From Magallana gigas (taxonomy: Eukaryota), in NCBI RefSeq assembly GCF_963853765.1, contig NC_088854.1, positions 28,582,001 to 28,646,000 on the forward strand: DNA of 64,000 bases, written 5' to 3'. A program made the position numbers and the translations under genes. Positions 27,142 to 39,573 of this stretch are shown here, one piece after another. Below the pieces are notes generated by a model. That model searched no databases and was not told the DNA's origin. It saw only the letters and a list, made by a program, of their open reading frames with translations. Positions within the stretch are counted from its first letter, which is position 1. Each line of letters begins with the position of its first letter.

Positions 27142-28599
27142 ATTTATCAATTATAAATTATTGTATATAAATAGTACAGTATGAATATAGAATAATAAAT
27201 GTGTGTTTTTTCGGTATTTTTTTTCGGTATAATAATTTTTGTTGTTGATATGTTTGAAATTATAATTGAATGTGTGTTTTAAATAAACGGTTAAGTATCA
27301 TTCCATGTCTTTGTTTTCTGTTGTTAGTTTTTTTCGATTTATGGTAATACATATGTTAAAGACATAATTATTTTATATTCGGACGAACAGAGTGAGAAAA
27401 ATTATATAAAAACCAGCCGCAATTCGCGAAGTTTGCGGTCGCGTAAAAGTTTTTTAGGTTGTCTCAATACTTTTAAAATTAATAAGTACTCTCTTTTAAT
27501 GTTTGATTTATTACTGTCTTGTTGTTCTTGAACTTCGTACTTTATTTTTTTTTATTCTCAATAAGAAAAGGATCTTTCAAGTCACGGTAATCACCAACAG
27601 GCAAGAAAGAAAACTATGCATAAAATCCAAGTTTATTTTTAAAACTCTAAAGTTGTTTGGAATATACTAATTTAATTTTAAATATGTTCAATAATTCTGT
27701 TATTAGTTTGATTTTAGTTATATGAATAATATATAGATCCACATGCATGTATATAAAATACTTTTCTTAAGATCGCTGTAGATACTTGTACACTGTCACT
27801 GTGGCTGTGAAACATCTTCCCACATGGATATTGTTCTCGTCATCCACACACACACTACGGGAACAAAATATTTGTTGTGGTATGGGTAATTTAGACAAAA
27901 ACTGACCGTCTTGATCCAGAATATGAACTGTGTTACTAATAAAATTAGAGAACATGATGTGACCGAGGACATCAGTATGTATACTAACTGGGAAAAAGAA
28001 TGATTCCTGACCTCTGTAGGAGAACCTGTGTTGTCCTGATTTATCTACCACCACTACGGCTTGTTCGTAAAAGTCTGATGTACAGATGTCACCATTAATG
28101 TTTTCTGTGATGTAGCGTGGACTACTATACAGTGCCTGTCCTTCGTTGTCCCTCTGTATGGTCTGTATTTCTTCTCCTTTCTTATTGTACCTGGTGGCTT
28201 TAGCCTCAAACCCACCCTTTATCATCCCCACCAGTATGTCCCCATTGATGTGAGAGGAGTGTATGCTGATTGGTGTCCAGCTTCCTGTTTTAATGAATTC
28301 AGTAACTGTATTGTCCAGTGCTAACCTGTTGATAACTTTGTTGACTCTGTCTGTATAGATCAGATCTCCGTCCTGTGTGACTGTGTGGTATCCTGTATCA
28401 TTGCCACTTGTTTGTATCTTCTGTAGCTGATTCCCCTGTAGATCTGTTTGGATAAGGTTACCTTTATCATCACTTACCCAGAGGGTGCCTGATTTACCTA
28501 GTGATACATGATTTACATGATCAACACCTGGAACTGTGTACTCCTTGACCTTGGTGACAAACGTAGACAGAGATAGCATTGATTTCACATAAGATTTCA

Positions 28600-28752
28600 G
28601 AACTATCATTGACCTTTTCAAATTGTTCCTTAGTATGTTTGTCAACATCAGAAGTATCTTTGACGTTTTCCAATTGTTCCTTAGTATGTTTGTCAATATC
28701 AGATTTCTCTTTGACATTTTCCAATCGTTTCTTTTGTATAGTTGTCAATATT
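28600..28752 (-). repeat. Coding minisatellite, 51-bp (17-aa) unit, about 3 copies
   Basis: CAATTGTTCCTTAGTATGTTTGTCAA(C/T)ATCAGA... repeated; translates as (I/V)[12 protein letters not shown](E/D)xSD. Confidence 0.85.
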
Positions 28753-29459
28753 TAAATCTAGTAAAGTTGATGATAGTAATAAAACTACTAATAACATGAA
28801 TATATGAAATAAATGTTTCCTTGTATTATTCTGTGTAGAGGCAGTCTTCATGGTTATCATTTTTCTGCTCATTGGTTTAGTGTCAGGGGCAGTTACTTTA
28901 CCCAAAAGTTTGGTGACATCTTCCTTGCTGTATACACCAGCAGTAAATACTGGAGGGGCTGGTTTGATGGTCTTTGGTGTCGCTTTAGTTTTTAACTTGT
29001 CAGAAAGAGAGAAGATGATGATATTGTTATAAAGTTTAGTAGAGGACAGGTAGCCATTGAGTTCTTTGACATGGACCTCAAGATAGGAGATGTAATCTTG
29101 ACAAGTTTTTTCTTGACTCTGAAAATTTTCAATGATTGACTCTTCAATTTTGTTAAATTGTTCTATGTAATCTGACAACAGTATATCCAGCAGACATTTT
29201 AACGATTCAGTTTCAGTCTTCATTGATCTTCTTATAGCATCCATGATTTCTTTTATATGTTTGGCATTTTCTTTTATATCTCTCTGCATGTCTTGTGAAT
29301 TGGGAATAAAATCTGATGTATTTCACAGATTTTTTCAAGACAAAGAATGAATTTTTCTGAATAGATTATTTCTAAATCTTTTAGCTTGTGTTTTTGGTGA
29401 TCTTGCATTGCACATTTGGAACATACTGGAACTTGACAGTCCTGACAGAGAATGTCTAT

Positions 29460-30602
29460 TTATCTCATACGTGTGGTGTATATTACCCGTGTGATAAACC
29501 TTTGCTATATCACACGGGTGATGCTATATCAAATACTTCCGGTCGGAACTACTTTTGACACAGCCCCTCGCTTCAACGCTTCAGTGATTTGTTAGTACTT
29601 TCAACATAACTATATCAACTACAAAAAGTAGCGATATAAAATGGATTTTGTCAAAGACTTCAATTACTTACAAATCTGAAGGAAAACACATAACTGCGTA
29701 GCATAGGCGTCTGAACCCGGGCTATTGGGGGGGGGGGGGCTTAGCCCTCCCCCCCCCCGGCCCCCACCCAACTCTTTTTACAAAGTTATACATAACTGTA
29801 TCCAAAAGACTTTTTTTTCTTGTTAAGATTTTTGATAAGTTTAGCCCCATTCAAACTTTCAATTTGCTTTGTGTAGTTTATAAAACTGCAAATTACGTTA
29901 ACTATCAACAAGTTCATACTGACGACGCGATGGAAACAGAGCGTACTGGTTGTGCAAATTGTGTTTATATACAAGACCTTACCGAAATAATGTTTCATAA
30001 GACTTTGATTCCACCACCAGTAAGCATCCTTATTCACTATTTTCAATCCCTAATCATTAGGCTGGTGTTTGTGTTATAAAACATCAACAACTGTTCCTTG
30101 TTCGAGTCAATTCAAACTAACGTGCATTCGCAACTTTGTGTATGTCAACAAACTTGATAATTCAAGTCTTCTGATCAGTATTTCCATTTAATCAAATGAA
30201 TAAGCTCTAAGAAAAATTATTTAGAGCTAAAAAACCATTCCAAGGTTTATTTCAGTGATACTTAACATTAAAACAGTTAGATTTAACTCAGAAATGACGT
30301 ACTAAATTGTATTGCGCAAGGTCACAATAACCGGATAACACAACGTTGCATCATCGTTTTTAATCTTTGATAAAAAATCAATTACTTAAATTCGGGTCAT
30401 ATAAGGGACTGTCTCAAAGGCGTCATAATATAAATCAAATTGTATGAGATAAATAGAACATCTATAATTGTGTGATTTTATATTCGCTTTATCCAACTCG
30501 TTGAAATGGTTATATTCGCTCGGCAAGCCTCGCGAATATATACACCATTTCAACTCGTTGGATAAAGCAAATATAAAATCACACAATATAGATATCCTCT
30601 AT
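29460..30602. mobile_element. Composite insertion within B-box 2 of paralog 2, palindrome-terminated (Crypton-like)
   Basis: Interrupts the D-I-D-I-L-C codons that are contiguous in copies 1 and 3. Flanked by the 5-bp direct repeat TCTAT (29455-29459 and 30598-30602). A palindrome of about 145 bp lies at 30455-30602. Confidence 0.75.
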
Positions 30603-32416
30603 ATCTTAATTTGGATGATCTTTGCACTTCTCCACTGGTAATCGTATTTTTCGCTGTCGGTAAGGAACCACTTCATGGTTCTTGGTTTCCGGACTCTTCT
30701 GATGTTTATCCCTGCAGTGTTTACACATCGGTCGGTGACAGGGATTGCAGTAAAACTGACAGTTCTTCTTACATTCTTCATTACCACACACCAAGTAGTG
30801 CTGGGCAACCACTGGTAGGTCTGGAACAGTATTTGGAACATCTGGCTTGGACAATGCCATCTGAAATCGATATTTTTTCATAATTTTGCTGAGTCCATTT
30901 GATTTTGCAGTAAGATAAAATCGATTGTTTGTACAAATGAAAGCCTATTTAGGTAATTATGTGTGTACAATTGTATGACTATTTTTGACATTAATAATTG
31001 TTTCAATCGATATATACAAGTAATTAGTTTTATGACCCACCTTGTTCCGACAAATCTTTACATAAAGTCTCGCAATATCAAAGTTTAACTTGGCGTGATG
31101 CGAGACTATGCGAGATCTTATGACACTTCCTATCTGTATGTTAAAATAGCCATATGGCCTATTAAAGGCAAATCAATTAGATCGTACAAATTTTTATCTG
31201 TCACATTTTTATACCTAGTACAGATAATCAAAGGGGTAAACGGCGTAGCTTGGCTAATATTTTGATATGAATTAGAGTGCAGATATTTGTTGGGAATAAA
31301 AAAGAATTTCGGATTAGAACTGCAATTTAACTCATACCGACAGAGTAAAAAGTATTGTTATTGTTGTTACATATAGAACGCACAACACGTGCCTTGCGTT
31401 ATTTTTTTTATGAAAAAAAAAATATATCTACACCTAATAATACTTTTGTGTATATTATTATTTGGTAAAGGGAATAATTTTATATTTTATAGGGTAAGGG
31501 GTATATATTTCATACGAAAAAATTACATAATGCAGTGGTCTGCGTTTGAACGATGCATGGCGTTTTCAACGCTACTGCGCACGAGCGCAAATCAGTTGCT
31601 CAGAATCTATAGAATTCCGGCGAATATTTAGTAACTACGTAGAGCAATATGCCTTAAGAATGTCGATTAACATCATATTCTCTAACTTAATTTTGAGTTA
31701 ATTTTATTTTATTTTAATTTTTTAAAAACACTTTTTATTGCATATTACTCCACATGTGAAAAGAGTGGCCTGCATGTTGATAACGTTCAGATCAATGTTC
31801 ATCATGTCGTTCCGTGTATGTTGCATGTTTACATGTTAGGTACTAGCAAGATAAAAATCTTTTGGATTCCAACTGATGACATTTCTGTAATAATGAGATA
31901 ATCTGAACAAAAAATCAATTTTTTAATTAATCAACCACCTAAAATTGGGGGGGGGGGGGCAAAAAGCTACATTAATTTACATGTGCTTTAACCTTAACCT
32001 AAAAATTGAAAGCGTGTTTTATTTTCGTTTGTATTAATTTAATCCGTTGCACCTACTTCATGTGTATGTCACGCTTGTAGAAAATTAATTTAAACAATAA
32101 CATTTTTTCTTATATACGATATTTTCTTTATTCTCAGCAAGATAAGGATCAAGATAAGGATCTTTAAGGCCTAAAAATCACTAAGATTTAAAAATGAAAC
32201 ATTATTATTACATGCATACATGTTTATATTTCAAAACCCAGATTTAAGTCGTTTGGAATGTACTATACGTATACGATTTTAACTTTGTTAAGCAATATTG
32301 AAACCAAATATTACTCTTTTGCAAAACACAAGATTAAATTTGTTGAAAATAGTTTATTTTAATTAGCTATATAAATAACATGAAGATCATACATTTATGT
32401 ATATTCAATACTTTTC

Positions 32417-33418
32417 TTATGCGAAATATCTTTGTAAATACTTGTACACTGTCACTTTGTTAGTGTTACATTGTCCAACATGAATATCGTTCTCATCATC
32501 CACCAATAAACTTATGGGACAATCTAACTCTTGTGGTGTGAGTAATTTTGACAAATATTTACCGTTCTGATCTAGAATATGAACAGAGTCACTCATAAAA
32601 TCAGAGACCAGAATGTGACCGATGACATTAGTACGTATACCATAGGGGGGAATCTTTGACCTCTTTGACCTCTGACCAGTGTAGGAGAATCTGCGTTGTC
32701 CTGATTTATTTACCACCACTACGGTTTTGTTGTCATAATCTGATGTACAGGTATCACCGTTGATGTTTTCTGTGATGTAGTGTGTTGTACCATACAGTTC
32801 CTGTCCTTTGTTGTCCTTCTGTATGTTCTGTATTTCTTCTCCTTTCTTGTTGTACCTGGTGACTCTAGCCCCTCCACCATCCTTTCTCATCCCCACCAGT
32901 ATGTCCCCGTTGATGTGGGAGGAGTGTATGCTGATTGGTGTCCAGTCTCCTGTTTTAATGAATTCAGTAACTGAATTATCAAGTGTTACCTTATTAATGA
33001 CCTTGTTTTCTTTGTCTGTATAGATCAGATCCCCGTCTTGAGTGACTGTGTGGTAGCCATATTTACCACTAGTTTGTATCTTCTGTAGCTGATGTCCTTG
33101 TAGATCTGTTTGGACAAGGTTACCGGTTAAATCACTAACCCAGATTCTACCTGATTTACCTAGTGATATATGATATACATGATCTACACCAGGTACTGTG
33201 TACTCCCTGACCTTGATGACAGAGGAAGACAGAGAGTGTATTGGTTTCACATCCAATTTTTCTTCATCGATTTTCAATTGTTCGCTTGTATGGTTTTCTA
33301 TATTTGAATCAGGCAAGGATGATAATAAAAACAAAAAAATTATAGATAAAAATAAAAAATAAAATAAATGTCTACTTGTACTATAATGCTTTGTTGAAGC
33401 AGTCTCCGTGGGTTTCAT
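32417..33418 (-). CDS. Intact 333-aa ORF: short N-tail, 18-aa hydrophobic anchor, stalk and six-bladed NHL-like beta-propeller (3' half of paralog 3)
   Basis: ORF track. [30 protein letters not shown] is followed by [56 protein letters not shown], colinear with the propeller of copies 1 and 2. Whether it is expressed as a separate protein is unknown. Confidence 0.6.
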   Translation of the reverse strand: MKPTETASTKHYSTSRHLFYFLFLSIIFLFLLSSLPDSNIENHTSEQLKIDEEKLDVKPIHSLSSSVIKVREYTVPGVDHVYHISLGKSGRIWVSDLTGNLVQTDLQGHQLQKIQTSGKYGYHTVTQDGDLIYTDKENKVINKVTLDNSVTEFIKTGDWTPISIHSSHINGDILVGMRKDGGGARVTRYNKKGEEIQNIQKDNKGQELYGTTHYITENINGDTCTSDYDNKTVVVVNKSGQRRFSYTGQRSKRSKIPPYGIRTNVIGHILVSDFMSDSVHILDQNGKYLSKLLTPQELDCPISLLVDDENDIHVGQCNTNKVTVYKYLQRYFA

Positions 33419-34234
33419 TTTTCTGTTCTTTGTAGTAGTGTCAGGAACAGTTACTCTACCAAAAAGGTTGGTGACATCCTCCTTGTTGTATTTACCAGCA
33501 GCAAATTCTTTTTAGCTGGTCAGAAAGAGAGAAAATGAGTGGATTGTTAAGTTTAGAAGATGACAGGTAGCCATTGAACTCTTTGACACGGTCTTCAAGA
33601 TAGGAGATGTAATCTTGACACGTTTTGTCTTGACATTGAAGATTTTCAATTATTGAATGTTCCATTTCGTTAACTTGTCCTGTATTATCTGACAACACTG
33701 TATCCAGCACACATTTTAGCGCCTCGGTTTCATTCTTCATCAATCTTCTTATATCATCCATGATGTCTTTTATATCTTTGATATTTTCTTGTATATCTCT
33801 CTGCATACCTTGTGAATTTGGGATAAAATACTGATGTATTTCATTGACTTTTTCACGACATAGAGTGAATTTCTCTGAATATATTGTCTCTAAATCTTTT
33901 AGTTTGTGATTTTCATGGTGTTCCATTGCACATTTGTAACATATTGGAGCTTGACAGTCCTGACAGAGAATGTCTATATCCTTATTTGGATGGTCTCTGC
34001 ATTTCTCCGCAGGTAGTTGCATTTTGCGTCTTTGGTAAATGACCACTTCATGATTCTTGGTATCTGGACTCACCTGATGTTTATTTCTGCATTGTTCACA
34101 CAATTTTCGAAAACAATGATTGCAGTAAAATTGGAGTTCTTGTTACATTCTTCATTATCACACACCAAGTAGTGCTGAGCAACCACTGGTATGTCTGGAA
34201 CAGTGTTTGGAACATCTGCTTTGGATAATGCCAT
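33419..34234 (-). pseudogene. 5' half of TRIM-like paralog 3 (B-box x2 + coiled coil), frameshifted
   Basis: AG|ATG at 34234 (MALSKADVPNT..CDNEEC). A 1-nt deletion at about 34134 shifts the frame. The B-box/coiled-coil frame is open from 34133 to 33492. A 38-nt deletion relative to copy 2 at about 33505 produces KRICCW*. Confidence 0.85.
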
Positions 34235-34249
34235 CTGAAATCGAAATTT

Positions 34250-34315
34250 TTTATACCCCCGCTCCGAAGGAGAGGGGGTATACTGTTTTACCCTTGTGTG
34301 TCTGTCTGTCCGTCC

Positions 34316-34369
<54 letters not shown>

Positions 34370-35588
34370 CTGTCCGTCCGTAACAAAAATTTCTGTCGCA
34401 TTTATCGCAGCAACTATTTATCGCAGATGCTTGAAATTTTAACACAGTGTTTGTTAAGGCATGCCATATCGTGGGATATAATTTTGTACCAATCGGACGT
34501 CAACTTCCTGTTAAATGACGATTTTGCTTATTTTTTAACCAAAATTATCAAACAAATTTTCGTCAAAGATTTCTCAGCAACTGTTTATTGCAGATGCTTG
34601 AAATTTTTACACAGTATTTGTATAGGCATGCCATATCGTGGGATATATTTTTGTACCAATCAGACGTCAACTTCCTGTTAAATGACGACTTTGTTTATTT
34701 TTAGCAAAACTTTTCAAACAAATTTCCGTCAAAGAATTCTCAGCAACTGTTTACCGCAGATGCTTGAAATTTTTACACAGTATTTGTATAGGCATGCTAT
34801 ATCGTGGGATATATTTTTGTACCAATCAGACGTCAACTTCCTGTTTAATGACAACTTTGTTTATTTTTAGCAAAACTTTTCAAACAAATTTCTGTCAAAG
34901 AATTCTCAGCAACTGTTTATCGCAGATGCTTGAAATTTTTACACAGTATTTGTATAGGCATGCTATATCATGGGATGTATTTTTGTACCAATCGGACGTC
35001 AACTTCCTGTTAAATGACGACTTTGTTTTTTTTTAGCCAAAATTTTCAAATAAATTTTCATCAAAGATTTCTCAGCAGCTATTTTTGGAGATGCTTGAAA
35101 TTTGTACACAGTGTTTGTTTAGGCATGCCATATTGGGGGATATATTTTTGTATCAATCAGATGTCAACTTCCTGTTAAATAATGACTTTGTTTATTTTTA
35201 GCCAAAATATTCAAACAAATTTTCGTCAAAGATTTCTCAGCAGCTACTTATCGGAGATGCTTGAAATTTTTACACAGTGTTTGTTAAGGCATGCCATATT
35301 GTGGGATATATTTTTTTACCAATCGGACGTCATCTTCCTGTTAAATGAGTACTTTGTTTATTTTAGCCAAAATTTTCAAACAAATTTTCCTCAAAGATTT
35401 CTCAGCAGCTAATTATCGCAGATGCTTGAAATTTTAACACACTATTTGTTTAGGCATGCCATATTGTTGGATATATTTCTGTACCAATCGGATGCCAGCT
35501 TTCTGTTAAATGTCGACTTTGCTTATTTTGCATATTCACATCAGAGCGGGGGTATCACTAGTGAGCATTGGCTCACAGATATCTTGTT
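34250..35588 (+). mobile_element. Helentron-associated non-autonomous element (HINE/DINE-like) with an internal satellite array
   Basis: Inserted in a T-run. 12-bp subterminal inverted repeats ATACCCCCGCTC (34253) and GAGCGGGGGTAT (35544). (CTGT)n microsatellite at about 34299-34380. About 7 tandem units of about 166 bp. 3' stem-loop GTGAGC-ATTG-GCTCAC at 35561-35576. Absent from copies 1 and 2. Confidence 0.88.
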
Positions 35589-38439
35589 TCATCATCTTGC
35601 TTAATTACCTTTGGTTTGCATTTATCTATTGTATACTATATAATATTATCATATATGTAATTGAATGTTAGTTTGTGTCAATATAGTGCTTTTTTAATAG
35701 CTACATGTAGCTATCTGTGTACAAATGCATGATCATTTTTTACATGGAAGACATAATCATTAACTGTTTCAATGGATATATTTTAAAACTCACCTTGTTT
35801 CGTCAGATTTTCACACATAAAGTCTCGCTTAATCAAAGTCTATCTCGGCATGAAGCGAGATTATACGAGACCTTTAGATACTTTTCTAATTGTAGGTTTA
35901 AAAAAAAACCATATAAACTTGTAACGGCAGATCATTCAGATTGTAGGAATTTTATCTGTCACATTTTGTTTCTATTTCAGATAATGAAATGTGTGTAGAG
36001 CGTAACTTGGATAAATAATTTGATGAAAATTCCACTGCAGATACGTGTTAAAATGTGAATATTAAAAAAAAATACCGATTACAACTGTCACAGTAACTTA
36101 ACTATGTAATAAAATCGGCGCTGTTTTTGTTTATCATGTTTATGTTTGATCGCACAAGCGTCTGACTTTATCTATTTTGTTGTAAAGAGAAAATACATCC
36201 CTAATATATCATTAGGTAAGGGGTATATTTTTATGTATAATAATCAGTAAGGGATATATTTTTCAGTAGTAAAAAATAGAAACGGAATTTTACTTACTTT
36301 TCATAATCAGTTTATTAATAAGTTAAAAGAAAAATGTTAATATAAACAATAAAATGCTTTCTTTGATGATTCGATCATGCGGGTTATGAAAGTAACGATC
36401 ATTGCAGAAAAAAATTCTGCAATGTCGCCACCTTCATATCCCGAATGAATCACCAAAGAAAGCATTTTATTGTTTAAGTATATACATAGCATAGATATAC
36501 ATGTACCATCCATTTTGTTTGGTAGATTTACAGAGCTACATAGTTTATGTGAGTATAGACAAGGTTTCAAGGACAGTAAATCTTTTTGAAAGAAATGTCC
36601 AGAAATGTGTACCATTGAACTGAAAGTCGATTTTTCACATCGAACATTGCAGTACATTCTTGGGAATGTCCGGTGTATGCCGACATGTAAAATATAAAAT
36701 TTAGTGAGATTATTTTTGCACATATTAAACACTTTTTAGGGAAATTGAGAGGTTGTATGCCAACATGTATCTCAGACATGGCACACAATGGATATATATA
36801 ATACATTTCAAATAATCATTACTGATTTATTATAAATAAAAACAATTTAAATCTAACACGGAGGTTTCAGCTTCGCAATATTTTTATTGTTTTCGTCAAA
36901 AGTATATATATCAGCACTTCGTAGGATTTGCGTCCAAAGACGGTAAGAAATTAAATAACTAAGTATAATAAAATTGTTATTTCTTAAAGAGCCAGAATAC
37001 TAAAGTGTCAAGACTCAAAAGAATTAAATAAAATGAGAATCATTGAGCAATATATTATCAGAATATCGTCTTACCTACAATATAATTATTTAGTTAATTT
37101 CTTAAAAATGCGAGCTCATGTAGATAACTATGTATTCGGTCGAGACCTCGAAGACAATAAAGCTGTGTATTTAATAAACAACGTTCAGGTTTAGAGGTAA
37201 GTACTGGCATTGTTGTAAATAAAATACACACTGGTCAATGCTTATTATGCTGTTCGATATACTAGTCGGTGGGTGTGTTTGCATGTTAGGTACTGGCACG
37301 ATAAAAGTCTTAGAAGCATATTACAGAATGCGGATTTAGAAAGGGGACCCACCCACACACACACCATATATTTGTGAGATAATTTGAACGCCAAAAAATC
37401 AATTAATCACCCACCTAAAAGTTGCCTATTTTCTACAATAATACGATATTAAAAAAAAACACCACCAAAATGGCAACATTTATAAACATGTATTTCAACA
37501 GATTACTTAAATTTCCAAAAATTGAAAGTGCGTCTAAACCTGTGTATCTACAAGTTGATCGATTTATACAGAATCAATGTGTTTGCACTTCCTTTATTGT
37601 TAGACAATCCTTCTTAACACTTATGATAGGAATGCACCAGTAAACTCAAACACGTGTTCACGTGTTTTAATTTTTATTCGTTACATAAATACACGTATTC
37701 TGTACCTTGAGTCTTTAAACAAACTTTATATTAAAAATGCGTTCTATACATAGCCCGTCTTAGTTGGTTATGTACAAAAATTGTTCTACAACGCTATAGC
37801 TACCCTCATAACCTGAAAGAAGCACCAAAGAATGCATTTACAGTTCTATAAATGTAATTTTTTTAATTATTAAATCAATCAACGAAACAAAGTGAGTTAA
37901 AGCACACAAGTAAACATTGTCGATAGAAAATGTTACACATCAAGAACAGCCAATTTCCCATATATGTGAAGGTCACTATGGTAACTACAGCTTCTTGAAA
38001 GTTTGCTGAGTTCACTCAGTGCAGTTCCGTGGAGTTCGTGCTCCTAATGTAAATTAGTTTCGATCGATATAAATATATTCTACGAAATAGTACAAACTGG
38101 ACATCAATGAACTATTTAGAAATTATTTCATTTAATTCAACTTTAATTAAATTTAAAATTGTCATCTAAAAATTAAACAAGGCATCTATAAAAGCAGTTT
38201 AGAATGCGTATATTCGTACGTTGGGGGCTATGTCACTTCACGGGATCGCAACGATTTCTGTCTTGCCATGCATGTATGAATACAATCATTTATTATAGAT
38301 TTTTTAATATACAATAATGCGTTTGAATGTGGGGTTTTTTTTTTGGGGGGGGGGGGTCCCACTGGTAAATTAATTTTATATTTTACCTCCGAGGTCATTA
38401 TTGAAAAAAATCTTTCATATCTATATAAATAATCATGGC

Positions 38440-38680
38440 TTTGCTGTTTTTAAGAACTTTTAAGATTTTCAAATTTCCGTGTGAAAGTTTGTTCTCCATC
38501 ACGCGCCTAACCCCTGGGGATCATGAGTTGAACAAACTTCGATGTACACTACCTGGGGATGCCTCCATACATGTATACATACGGCTAATCATGTCTTTGC
38601 ATTCCAGGGGAGAATTAAAATTTATTCACATTTTAACCGCACCCTACCCTATAAGGGTAACGATTTGAAAAAAAAATGTT
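38440..38680 (+). repeat. Degraded fragment of a bivalve Helentron/satellite-related repeat
   Basis: CCCCTGGGGATCATGAGTTGAACAAACTTCGATGTACACTACCTGGGGATGCCTCC resembles a common oyster repeat core, from memory; single copy in this window. Confidence 0.35.
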
Positions 38681-39573
38681 TTTTTAATGAACAGTGTGTA
38701 TATAGACGCATTATTATCTGGAAATGGCAGCTGTAAAGAAAGCAGTTCGTGGAAGACTGTCAAGTTAACTAGAAATACATGTATACAGCTGTTGTTATGA
38801 GATTGTGTTTTAAGTTATAAATAACAGATACTATAATCAGTTTGACAGCGCACAACCTTACATTGATGGGCATAATCAAAGTCAGAAATAAACGTAGTAT
38901 AATTTTATTTTTCTGATCCATCAAAGACAAAGATTATTTCCGCACTTACTCATCCATTAGAATGTTAATCTCATATTTCATCAGATTCATAAAAAAATCA
39001 CTACCAAACACTAAATGAATGAATACTGTACTCTGCAAAATAAAGATAAACTCTATGATAACCATGTTTTTTTTTTCAATTCAATACAGATTTACGAATC
39101 AGATACTAACTTCAGATTCTATCTTTATGTGACAAATATCTTGTGACAAAAAAACAAAGAACATAGGCGACATACTTTCATGATTTACTTTCATAATAAC
39201 AATGATCAGAGATAATGATGAAAATATTTTCAAAGTTCAGATGAGTGAAAATAATGAAACACTGATTGCTTGTGATAGCACATAATGAGCACTTTAATCC
39301 CTAGTGTCATGACATCAGTAAAATACGATCATTTTGCGGAGAAAATTAATAAATGACTCATTGTTTTTTTTCTCTTGCTTTGAATGGCCTTGAATCTCAT
39401 CAATGAACTGGTTCACTTGCACAGCATCATCAAACTAGTTCCTTGACCCATAGCACACTTGATGACACATCAATTGTTTACAGCATATAACATGTCCTTG
39501 TTTCAGTAACTGTCCTGTAACAGCCTTGGAGTAAAAGATAATGTGGTCTAAGTTAAACCCTTGGAATCTTTGT

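Larger units (their letters stand above)
27767..30860 (-). pseudogene. TRIM-like paralog 2 (B-box x2, coiled coil, hydrophobic segment, repeat stalk, NHL propeller), disrupted
   Basis: AG|ATG at 30860 (MALSKPDVP...CGNEECKKNCQFYCNPCHRPMCKHC). Lesions: TAA at 30606; a 1143-bp insertion at 29460-30602; a 1-nt deletion near 29324; two frameshifts in the stalk at about 28730 and 28600. The propeller frame ([11 protein letters not shown]...VYKYLQRS*) is open from about 28600 to 27767. Confidence 0.88.

Noticed and set aside
21253-33023. Plus-strand ORFs antisense to the TRIM-like genes (e.g. 21253-21522, 28813-29032, 30611-30883, 32780-33023)
   Set aside because: Shadow ORFs caused by codon bias of the minus-strand coding sequence.
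33298-33381. Hydrophobic segment as an 84-nt intron
   Set aside because: The donor (A|GTACAA) is weak, and neither the GT nor the AG is present at the same place in copy 2, while hydrophobicity and the sequon are conserved. Kept only as the refuting test.
33492-33520. Programmed ribosomal frameshift joining the two halves of paralog 3
   Set aside because: The shift is explained by a 38-nt deletion relative to copy 2. A second frameshift lies upstream, and lesions fall at different positions in each paralog.
34400-35520. Regular ~166-bp tandem array and its overlapping ORFs (34298-35604) as a CRISPR array or a gene
   Set aside because: Whole units are homologous with no unique spacers and no cas genes. 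The array lies inside a HINE, and the ORFs are chance translations of the repeat.
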